From: a virus
Lineage: Duplodnaviria; Caudoviricetes
Virus record (IMG/VR): IMGVR_UViG_3300025018_000406
Location: 1 to 30,976 of that record
DNA: 30,976 nt
Strand: one strand, 5' to 3'
Shown: positions 1-7,080 of the stretch, piece by piece
How the letters are laid out: the number at the start of each line of letters is the position of its first letter
Numbering within the stretch: the first letter of the stretch is position 1
Position numbers and translations under genes: made by a program
Notes under the pieces: generated by a model
Seen by the model: only the letters and a program-made list of their open reading frames with translations
What the model was told of the DNA's origin: nothing
Databases searched by the model: none

Positions 1-4
1 ATAG

Positions 5-220
5 GTGAAGTATGATATGTACTACGGAGGGAGTAGTGCAATTTCCGCACTACTGTCAGATATGATAATGTCTGTGTTTTTTGTTGGTGCTATGGTGTAT
101 ATGATTTGTGTTTCTTTTGAGGAGCGGGACAAGAAAAGAAAAAAGAAGGAACAGGCGGAAGCAGCTGGATACTTTCGGCAATTTATGCGTGAGGATGTTT
201 GTAAATGGGTTAAAAAGTAA
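5..220 (+). CDS. Small hypothetical membrane protein
   Basis: 71 aa with one hydrophobic stretch (MIMSVFFVGAMVYMICVSF) followed by a basic run. The start is at the window edge and is uncertain. Confidence 0.5.
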   Translation: MKYDMYYGGSSAISALLSDMIMSVFFVGAMVYMICVSFEERDKKRKKKEQAEAAGYFRQFMREDVCKWVKK

Positions 221-243
221 TTGTAATTATTAGGGGTTATTCC

Positions 244-272
244 TTGACTCTTTCTGTGCAGTGCGATAACAT
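244..272 (+). promoter_or_regulatory. Putative sigma70-type promoter for the replication operon
   Basis: TTGACT (244-249), 17-bp spacer, TAACAT (267-272) in an intergenic region. Confidence 0.5.
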
Positions 273-319
273 AACGAATCAATCGCTTGTAAAGGAAGAC
301 AGGAAAACTAACTTTACTG

Positions 320-434
320 TACACAGGTCGGAGCCTGGTATATTTATATAATTTCCACCGAACCCCTGCTGGATGATGGTTCAAAAGGTACTCCGACCCT
401 TTTGAATCTAGTTCAGCGGGGGTGTTTTTATTTT
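320..434 (+). promoter_or_regulatory. Structured leader RNA: two hairpins with complementary loops, ending in a terminator-like U tract
   Basis: Hairpin CAGG-TCGGAG-CCTG (324-337). Hairpin TTCAAAAGG-TACTCCGAC-CCTTTTGAA (380-406) nested in a 12-bp outer stem (362-373/412-423), followed by TTTTTATTTT. GTCGGAG (327-333) is the reverse complement of CTCCGAC (391-397). Confidence 0.6.
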
Positions 435-446
435 GGGAGAACAATA

Positions 447-557
447 ATGGATGTAGATAAACTAAGCGTTAAAGAAAAGGTGGCTGTTCTCAATAGTGAT
501 CTGGTTCAGGAAAAGTTGAGTTCATGGTCATTCGGTGCCCCTATAAACAATTCTTAA
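447..557 (+). CDS. Possible 36-aa peptide (MDVDKLSVKEK...)
   Basis: GGAG RBS 7 nt upstream of the ATG. Lies between the leader and the first initiator-like gene. Not in the ORF track. Confidence 0.3.
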   Translation: MDVDKLSVKEKVAVLNSDLVQEKLSSWSFGAPINNS

Positions 558-567
558 TGGTGCAGAA

Positions 568-942
568 ATGGGAAATAACATGAAATATGATGAAGATGAA
601 GATATAACCACAAAACGGAATATATTCGATTTAGAAAGTGCCATGAGTGTACCATATGATAGGACTGCTGTATGGACAATATCAAAATATATGGTACGTA
701 GGATAGGAGCAAATGAAATAATCCTATTGCTGGAATTGGGAGAATTAGAGGGACATAATCGCAATACAATCAGTCGTATGGATTTAGAAAAATATACGTC
801 TTTCAATCAGCAGACTCAGGAAATGGCTGAATATAATCTTATTGGTCTTGGTTTAATTACAGTTGAAAAAACCGATGATGATATGGTTAATACTTATAAA
901 TTAAACCATGAGATAATTAATGCCATAATTGAGGGAAAGTAA
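568..942 (+). CDS. Winged-HTH replication-initiator-like protein
   Basis: The pattern 'RRIGANEIILLLEL...SRMDLEKYTSFNQQTQEMAEYNLIGLGLITVEK...YKLN' resembles the N-terminal wHTH of phage replisome organisers and parallels the N-terminus of the next gene. Confidence 0.55.
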   Translation: MGNNMKYDEDEDITTKRNIFDLESAMSVPYDRTAVWTISKYMVRRIGANEIILLLELGELEGHNRNTISRMDLEKYTSFNQQTQEMAEYNLIGLGLITVEKTDDDMVNTYKLNHEIINAIIEGK

Positions 943-2307
943 ATGGATAGGAATAAAAAGGCGCAAGCTGTGGTACTTCTGAAGGAGTTAATGGTTGTTA
1001 GTAATTTCTATCCAGGACATATAAAACTAACAGAATCTATTGGATTAGTTGAAGCTATGGTATTACAACAGCATGTCTATTTCCAATCTGTCAAGGGGGA
1101 TAAATACCACGGCACACGTAAAAAAATTGAACTGGAATTTCGTTTGAGTTTACGAATACAACGTCCTATTGAGTGTAAACTTATTGCACTTGGTTTCTTA
1201 GTAGTGGAAAGAAAACCGAAATCCTCTTACAATTATTACACAGTAAACACAGATTTAGTAAACGATTTTATCAACTTACCATATCAGGAGCGGTTATCCT
1301 ATGTTGAAAAAGCATATGCAACCATTAACAGCGATGGTGCTTCAGGGGGTAGTGACAATCCGTTACTAGGGGGTAGTGACAATTTGTCACCTCTAAAACT
1401 AGATAAGAACAGAATAGATAAAGATACAGATAATAAATTATCTGTAATGGACTTTTCCAAAGTCCACGACGAAAAGATTAAAAAATCAAGATTGCAAAGT
1501 AAAGACGAACCAACTGTTGCAACATCCGATAACCTTGCAGCACGAACCAATAACACTGTTGCACAGAAACAACCAGCTATTGACATACCAGACAGAACAA
1601 TTCGTTGCATAAAATACTGGAATAGTTTTTCCGAATTGATGGAACATAGGATCAATTTAACATCACCATCTAAAACCTTGCTGCAGACTGTAAAATTGCT
1701 CGGATCATTCTTTGCTGGTAATTTTCTTGATGTTGTCCAGATACCGCGAGGTTTTAAGGATCACAGTTGGTTTAACAGCAAGCCAACAGAAGACCAGTTT
1801 TACGAGATTGTTGATGATTTCGTCTTTTGTCTCCGCTCGCCCGACGTTAAACCTGTTATGAACGGTAAACGATATAACATTTTGGAATTTTTACGCGGCA
1901 ATAACTTTGTTGGTGAAGAAGGTATACCATCATTGATGCTGACGTATTGTTTTGGTGAGTACAAAACACTGGTTGTAGATAAACATCCAAAGACAACAGC
2001 CTTGATCAAAACTATATGGGAAAAATATATTGGCAAATATAACGACACACCATCTACTGAGCGGGCTTTTGTTACCGCGAGTAATATTTGCCATTTACGA
2101 TATACAGAGAAAAGAAAAGAAGAAGATGGTTGGATTCCAGCAATGAACGATTATCAACCAGCAGGAATAGCAAAGCAGATAATTTTGAACAAAGCAGAAT
2201 GGTTTAAAAAGGAGAAGAAGTCACCAGAAATAATGGGTGGTAGTTTTTTTACAAATATAATTCGGAAATACGATTACAACAAACGCACAGGAGACATGGT
2301 AATTTAA
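943..2307 (+). CDS. Phage replication initiator (lambda O / replisome-organiser-like)
   Basis: N-terminal wHTH ('ESIGLVEAMVLQQ...KLIALGFLVVERK...NYYTVN'), a low-complexity linker carrying DNA repeats, and position directly upstream of DnaB. Confidence 0.7.
   Translation: MDRNKKAQAVVLLKELMVVSNFYPGHIKLTESIGLVEAMVLQQHVYFQSVKGDKYHGTRKKIELEFRLSLRIQRPIECKLIALGFLVVERKPKSSYNYYTVNTDLVNDFINLPYQERLSYVEKAYATINSDGASGGSDNPLLGGSDNLSPLKLDKNRIDKDTDNKLSVMDFSKVHDEKIKKSRLQSKDEPTVATSDNLAARTNNTVAQKQPAIDIPDRTIRCIKYWNSFSELMEHRINLTSPSKTLLQTVKLLGSFFAGNFLDVVQIPRGFKDHSWFNSKPTEDQFYEIVDDFVFCLRSPDVKPVMNGKRYNILEFLRGNNFVGEEGIPSLMLTYCFGEYKTLVVDKHPKTTALIKTIWEKYIGKYNDTPSTERAFVTASNICHLRYTEKRKEEDGWIPAMNDYQPAGIAKQIILNKAEWFKKEKKSPEIMGGSFFTNIIRKYDYNKRTGDMVI
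1344..1446. repeat. Putative replication origin inside the initiator gene (iterons, A-rich tract, palindrome)
   Basis: Two tandem 24-bp units beginning AGGGGGTAGTGACAAT (1344-1367, 1368-1391), each with internal dyad symmetry (e.g. GTGACAA-T-TTGTCAC). An A-rich tract follows, then a perfect inverted repeat TACAGATAAT-AA-ATTATCTGTA (1425-1446). Confidence 0.65.
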
Positions 2308-2428
2308 AACAGACCGCTTAAATTGAGCTGTAAGCGATTTTTCATAGCAGGGTATACAATCATATAGGGAGGGTACGTTCCGTTCAATGCCGAGGCAATT
2401 CCCGCACTATTTTACGTAAGGAAAGAGA

Positions 2429-3943
2429 ATGTCATCACTAAGAATTGAAGAGATCAGCAACACAACCGAAGAATTGATGTTAGCAGGGATGATAACCAGT
2501 ACTCCTTACTTGTCCTGGTTGAAAGACAGATTTAAACCGCAGTACATGCGCAATGAGCAAGTCGGTTTACTGGCTGAACTTATACTGGAATACTTTGAAA
2601 TGCATGGGGAGGCACCGAATTCAAGTATCAGGGAATTATTGGCATCAATCGTTGATCATATAACGGTAGAAGATGCCACAATAGCAAAGAATCTGTTGCG
2701 TAAAATATCTGAGAGTTATGGTGACAGGGAGGTTTCTTTTGATGTCCTGTCCGATACTACCCTGGATTATTTTGAAACACGCTCCATTGAGGTATTGGTA
2801 GAAAAGTTAAGTGGATTAGCAAAGCGCGGTAAAACGGATGAGGCGATAGAGGAGGTGCACAGATGGGTTGAAAACCCTATGAGCAGTGTCATTGGGGCTA
2901 TTTCCCCTTTTGACACCACCTTTGCAGAAGCAATACTTTCCTCACAGAAACCTTTGTTTCGATTCAGTAATGATCTGGATAGAGTTTTACCGATACAGGC
3001 AAAGAATAAGTTCTACACCTTTGTTGGTGGTACAAAATCAGGTAAGTCACAATGGTTGGGTTGGTTGGGGTCAGAATTCTTGGCGCATGGTTTAAAAGTG
3101 GTTATATGGGAATACGAGTTAACCCAGATAGAATTTCTGCACAGGTCGCTTTGTGCTATTACTGGCAAAGATATCGATGGTAACTCAACAGACACCGAAG
3201 TCACCACGGAGCTATCCGTCTTTGACTGTACAAAGAATCGTGATGGTTCCTGTGAAAATCCAAATAGACCAGTACAAGACGGTATTGATTCCTATGATCT
3301 GTATGAGGAGGATGTTTGGATACCTTGTACCGCTTGTCGTGGTACAGAATTATTCAATCCCTGTGTGTGGAAGGAGCCTTTTAAGAAACAGGTGATCAAC
3401 AATGTTGTTTCTTTGAAGGCGGAACAGGTTAAATGGAGTAGACAGTATGGGGATAATGTACGGATCTTCAATAGAGATCCAAGTACCCAGACAGTAAAGG
3501 ATTTAAAGAATGAGTTAGAAAGATTACGGATATCGGAAGGATTTGTACCAGACGCAATAATCATTGATCATGCAGATAATATCCAGTCAAGCTCAAAGTA
3601 TAAAGATAAGCGGCATGAACTGAATAATATCTGGTCTGAATTATCTACCCTCTCAAAACACGGTTATCTTATCTGGACTGCTTCACAGACGAACAGAGCA
3701 GGTTGGAATAAAGAATGGATTACTACAGATATGATTGGAGAGGATGCCGGAAAATTAATGATTTGTGATGGTGTTGTGTTGATCAATCAATGGAAATCTG
3801 ATACAGTTGATGAATACTACTGGAACACCCAGAGGTTACGGGCAGCATACTTCAGGGGCCAGAAATTACCATCATTCGATCTGAAAGTTATTCACGATTT
3901 TTCAAGATACATTGCTTGTTTGGACTGTGCAGTATTTAGATGA
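2429..3943 (+). CDS. dnaB: DnaB-family (SF4) replicative helicase with Cys-rich insertion
   Basis: Walker A GGTKSGKS, catalytic WEYEL, Walker B IIIDHAD, and ASQTNRAG motif. Confidence 0.9.
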   Translation: MSSLRIEEISNTTEELMLAGMITSTPYLSWLKDRFKPQYMRNEQVGLLAELILEYFEMHGEAPNSSIRELLASIVDHITVEDATIAKNLLRKISESYGDREVSFDVLSDTTLDYFETRSIEVLVEKLSGLAKRGKTDEAIEEVHRWVENPMSSVIGAISPFDTTFAEAILSSQKPLFRFSNDLDRVLPIQAKNKFYTFVGGTKSGKSQWLGWLGSEFLAHGLKVVIWEYELTQIEFLHRSLCAITGKDIDGNSTDTEVTTELSVFDCTKNRDGSCENPNRPVQDGIDSYDLYEEDVWIPCTACRGTELFNPCVWKEPFKKQVINNVVSLKAEQVKWSRQYGDNVRIFNRDPSTQTVKDLKNELERLRISEGFVPDAIIIDHADNIQSSSKYKDKRHELNNIWSELSTLSKHGYLIWTASQTNRAGWNKEWITTDMIGEDAGKLMICDGVVLINQWKSDTVDEYYWNTQRLRAAYFRGQKLPSFDLKVIHDFSRYIACLDCAVFR

Positions 3944-3952
3944 AAAATATAC

Positions 3953-3984
3953 TTGACAATGATTGTAAGTTTACTTACAATCAT
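3953..3984 (+). promoter_or_regulatory. Sigma70 promoter overlapped by a perfect palindromic operator
   Basis: TTGACA (3953-3958), 17 bp, TACAAT (3976-3981). The inverted repeat ATGATTGTAAGT-TT-ACTTACAATCAT (3959-3984) covers the spacer and the -10 box. Confidence 0.75.
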
Positions 3985-4008
3985 AACTTATAAGGAAAGG
4001 AGAAAGGA

Positions 4009-4074
4009 ATGCATCTAGTCAGTAAAACATTTAGTTTTTGTGCTGCACACATGTTGGTTACTTCATACACAGAA
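4009..4074 (+). repeat. 66-bp direct repeat, copy 1
   Basis: Matches 5186-5251 at 65 of 66 positions (C4012 vs T5189). Confidence 0.95.
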
Positions 4075-4104
4075 GCTAGAATTAAATTAATGGGGATATT
4101 ATGA
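4009..4104 (+). pseudogene. Truncated queD 5' fragment (31-aa mini-ORF MHLVSKTFSFCAAHMLVTSYTEARIKLMGIL)
   Basis: The first 22 codons match queD at 5186. Strong AGGAG RBS. The TGA stop overlaps the ATG of the HNH-QueD gene. Confidence 0.8.
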
Positions 4105-5168
4105 AATGTAACGAATGTAATGGTGAAATTCACTCCATGGTGCATTTCTTTAAAGGGAAGTGTGATAAGCAAAAGAACAAGATAATGGATGGTGTTAATT
4201 GCATTATCGATGCCCATAACGATATTATGCTAAAAGATGTGGCAGTTCTATTAATAAAAGCATATCCATTTCTGACCATGGCTTCTGGTGGAAGACTAAT
4301 CAGAGAAAGAAGAACACACACTGGTGTTAATTCGTGGAAAATAATGGCTGAAAACAGAACAGGAAAAGATAATCCAGTATATAATCATGGTGTTATAGAC
4401 AGAATAAAGAATTCGGTAAAAGAGCGATGGAAATCGGGTGATTATTCAAATAGAATAAATGGTATGAAAGGAAAGAGAAAATTGGCTAGTCCAGTGTATA
4501 AAATTAATACACATACACTGCCTATATTCGGTGAAATAAATTATGTAAAATTTCTCTCACTTTTCCATAATGTGGATACCTGTGCACAATGCGGTTCAAT
4601 GGATAAAAGAATGAATGTCCATCATATAGATGAGAATAATAAAAATTATTTGCCATCTAATCTTGAACCATTATGTGTTAACTGTCATACGAAATATCAT
4701 TACACAAGGCACAAACAACCGTTTACAATAATCGTTAAGTCATTCTCTTTTGCTGGTGCACACAATCTTCCGCTACACAAAGGACTTTGTAATTTTCAAC
4801 ATGGTCATGAATGGAAACTGGATATAGCTATTAAAAAGAGGGTAAATCCAGATACAGGGATGGTTGTTGATTTTTCCTACTTAAAAGAACTTGTGAACAT
4901 GGCGGTTATAGATGAGTTTGATCATTCGAATATGAATGAACACCTAAATAATCCAACTGCCGAAAATATAGCTATGCTCATTTGGTTCAAATTAATGTAT
5001 TCGGGATTAAAAGGAATACATTCAATTAAAGTATGGGAGGGCGATGGCTCTTATGTTGAGATAGGAATGGATGATGCTTTTCACTACCTCAATGGTATAT
5101 ATGATGGTTGTGTATTTGCTATTACTGACAATGGTAAGGTGAAAATTGATAGATTAAAAGTTAAATAA
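4101..5168 (+). CDS. HNH endonuclease-QueD (6-carboxytetrahydropterin synthase) fusion
   Basis: NUMOD3-like segments (TGKDNPVY, GMKGK) and an HNH domain (CAQC...VHHIDENNKNYLPSNLEPLCVNCHTKYH). A complete QueD follows: FAGAHNL, CNFQHGH, GMVVDFSYLK, FDH, NPTAEN, VWE. Confidence 0.88.
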   Translation: MKCNECNGEIHSMVHFFKGKCDKQKNKIMDGVNCIIDAHNDIMLKDVAVLLIKAYPFLTMASGGRLIRERRTHTGVNSWKIMAENRTGKDNPVYNHGVIDRIKNSVKERWKSGDYSNRINGMKGKRKLASPVYKINTHTLPIFGEINYVKFLSLFHNVDTCAQCGSMDKRMNVHHIDENNKNYLPSNLEPLCVNCHTKYHYTRHKQPFTIIVKSFSFAGAHNLPLHKGLCNFQHGHEWKLDIAIKKRVNPDTGMVVDFSYLKELVNMAVIDEFDHSNMNEHLNNPTAENIAMLIWFKLMYSGLKGIHSIKVWEGDGSYVEIGMDDAFHYLNGIYDGCVFAITDNGKVKIDRLKVK

Positions 5169-5185
5169 TATGCACAGGGGAAAAC

Positions 5186-5251
5186 ATGTATCTAGTCAGT
5201 AAAACATTTAGTTTTTGTGCTGCACACATGTTGGTTACTTCATACACAGAA
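5186..5251 (+). repeat. 66-bp direct repeat, copy 2 (start of intact queD)
   Basis: Matches 4009-4074 with one mismatch. Confidence 0.95.
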
Positions 5252-5635
5252 CAGGCGCAGAAAGTACATGGGCATAACTATTCTGTGGATGTGGTGTTCG
5301 AATCTTCGGAGTTGAATCAGGATGGCATGGTTGTTGACTTTGGTAAGATCAAGGATATTATCAATCCCATTATTGATGATTGGGATCATAAGATGATTCT
5401 GTTGGAAGGTACTGCGGCGGAGAAAGACCACAGTAAAGTGTTTCTGCCTGTTAATCCTACTGCGGAGAACATGGCTCGGATACTTTACCTGAAGATCGAG
5501 GAACAAATACTTTGCAACTTCGGTGGTAATTCGGACACTCGTGAACGATCCTCGGCCGGTTATCCTCGTATTCTTCGGTTGAGGGCTGTACGGGTATCTG
5601 AAACAAACAGCGCATGGGCGGAATACACAAAATGA
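5186..5635 (+). CDS. queD: QueD/PTPS-family protein with Ala at the catalytic Cys position
   Basis: FCAAH, HGHNY, GMVVDFG, WDH, NPTAEN and VSET motifs. The CxxxHGH motif reads AQKVHGH. Confidence 0.88.
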   Translation: MYLVSKTFSFCAAHMLVTSYTEQAQKVHGHNYSVDVVFESSELNQDGMVVDFGKIKDIINPIIDDWDHKMILLEGTAAEKDHSKVFLPVNPTAENMARILYLKIEEQILCNFGGNSDTRERSSAGYPRILRLRAVRVSETNSAWAEYTK

Positions 5636-6249
5636 AAGTCTTTCTCAATGAAAAGTTTGTCACGATAAGCGGTGAGGTTGGTATTATTCCTCAAGGGCAG
5701 CTGGTATCGGTCATCCGACTACAGGGCTGTAATTTACGCTGTTCTTATTGTGATGCAATGGACAGTCAGGGTTTGTCTTTGGAAAATGGGGAAAATTTAG
5801 ACAGCCTGGTTGAGTGGGTGAACGATAATGATCTACCACTGTTAATAACTGGTGGAGAACCACTGCTACAAATTGAAATAGTAGAGATACTGGTACGTAG
5901 ATTGTCCGAGCATCTACCGGTTCAGGTTGAAACAAATGGTACTATGCCTGTATTTGGAATACCATCAAATGTCTGTGTGGTTATGGATTATAAACTGGAT
6001 AATCCACCAGACACTGACAACCTTATGCTGTTACAAAGCAATGACTATTTGAAATTCGTGGTGAGTAGCGCAGCAGAATTAAACTTAACCATGAGTATCA
6101 TCAATATGTTTAATGCTGATTTTAAGCCAACGATTGCAATATCGTCTACGGATAAAGCATTGTACCCAGAAATAATAGAAGAAATTAAGAGCAGAAATAG
6201 GAGGGTATTGGTTAATACTCAAATACATAAATTTATCGGAGTTCGTTAG
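5632..6249 (+). CDS. queE: 7-carboxy-7-deazaguanine synthase (radical SAM)
   Basis: F.TISGE, IRLQGCNLRCSYCD, ITGGEPL, VETNGT, LKFVV and TQIHK motifs. ATGA overlap with queD supports the start at 5632. Confidence 0.9.
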   Translation: MKVFLNEKFVTISGEVGIIPQGQLVSVIRLQGCNLRCSYCDAMDSQGLSLENGENLDSLVEWVNDNDLPLLITGGEPLLQIEIVEILVRRLSEHLPVQVETNGTMPVFGIPSNVCVVMDYKLDNPPDTDNLMLLQSNDYLKFVVSSAAELNLTMSIINMFNADFKPTIAISSTDKALYPEIIEEIKSRNRRVLVNTQIHKFIGVR

Positions 6250-6276
6250 GCTCGTAGGAGGTGGTGGATTATAAAA

Positions 6277-6426
6277 GTGAAGATTGCCAAATTAGAATGT
6301 CTTCGGTGTGGCTGGAAATGGACTCCGAGGAAAACAGATGTACGAATTTGTCCAAAGTGTAAATCAGCGTACTGGGATTTACCGAAAAAACAAACCCAAA
6401 AATCTAAGGAGAAAAAAAATGGGTGA
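6277..6426 (+). CDS. Small zinc-ribbon protein (about 49 aa)
   Basis: Translation: VKIAKLECLRCGWKWTPRKTDVRICPKCKSAYWDLPKK... with two CxxC pairs. Not in the ORF track; start codon uncertain. Confidence 0.75.
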   Translation: MKIAKLECLRCGWKWTPRKTDVRICPKCKSAYWDLPKKQTQKSKEKKNG

Positions 6427-7003
6427 ACTGAACATTGACAACAAACAGCTCAAGGCGGCTGTGGAAGAAATCAATTCCCTTAACGTGGAAGGTGTTACTA
6501 AAATTCGTACTGTCGGAATCAAGGCTGCAGTTATGGCCTTGCTGTTTATCGACGCCTGTGCAGCAATTTCTCAGGTAGATGAAGCATTGCTTTCTGATTC
6601 TGTAGTGGATGTATATAACAACCTGCCGTCAAAAAAGGAATTGGCAGAAGCTGGTGCAGTAGTTTCTGAAGCAAAGGCCAAGAAAGAAAAAGCACCGAAA
6701 AAGGAAAAAGCACCACGAGCACCGCGTGAACCAAAGGCTCTGAAAGAGCCCATTACCAAATCACGATATGGCCACATCCAGTCTGCAAAATCTGGTAAAC
6801 TGGATGACCTGCTCTGGGAAGGTGGTAAAATGTCGGATATCATGGCGGCTCTGGATATTCCTCGGGCACGTTTCGTCGGTCATGCAAATCATCTGAAGAA
6901 TGATCTTGGTCTTACCCTGATCATCACCAAAGATGAAGCGAACCCACTTGACACCATATACAAGGTTAAAGAAGAGACGGTTACCACAACTGAAGCAGCG
7001 TAA
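6419..7003 (+). CDS. Hypothetical DNA-binding protein with Lys/Ala/Pro-rich histone-like linker and C-terminal HTH-like region
   Basis: AAGGAG RBS before ATG 6419. Linker AKAKKEKAPKKEKAPRAPREPK. 'MSDIMAALDIPRARFVGH' looks like an HTH. Confidence 0.6.
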   Translation: MGELNIDNKQLKAAVEEINSLNVEGVTKIRTVGIKAAVMALLFIDACAAISQVDEALLSDSVVDVYNNLPSKKELAEAGAVVSEAKAKKEKAPKKEKAPRAPREPKALKEPITKSRYGHIQSAKSGKLDDLLWEGGKMSDIMAALDIPRARFVGHANHLKNDLGLTLIITKDEANPLDTIYKVKEETVTTTEAA

Positions 7004-7030
7004 TTTTAGGATATATTGGTAATATTATAG

Positions 7031-7065
7031 AAGGTGGTGTATCTCGTATACACCACCTTTTTATT
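7031..7065 (+). terminator. Rho-independent terminator
   Basis: AAGGTGGTGTAT-CTCGT-ATACACCACCTT perfect 12-bp stem followed by TTTATT. Confidence 0.75.
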
Positions 7066-7080
7066 AAAGGGTGGTAAGGA

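Noticed and set aside
378-423. GGTTCAAA and TAGTTCAGCGG as tRNA T- and D-arm fragments
   Set aside because: They are in the wrong order, form no cloverleaf, and are explained as arms of the leader hairpin.
3221-3373. Intein in DnaB
   Set aside because: Too short and lacks intein terminal motifs; retained as a Cys-rich insertion.
4075-5185. Group I intron or intein interpretation of the HNH insert
   Set aside because: The segment is almost fully coding, with no room for a ribozyme core. There are no Cys/Ser...His-Asn splice termini, and the downstream queD is already complete.
6308-6418. 5' extension of the 231-aa ORF call
   Set aside because: A better RBS precedes ATG 6419, and the region is occupied by a zinc-ribbon ORF in another frame.
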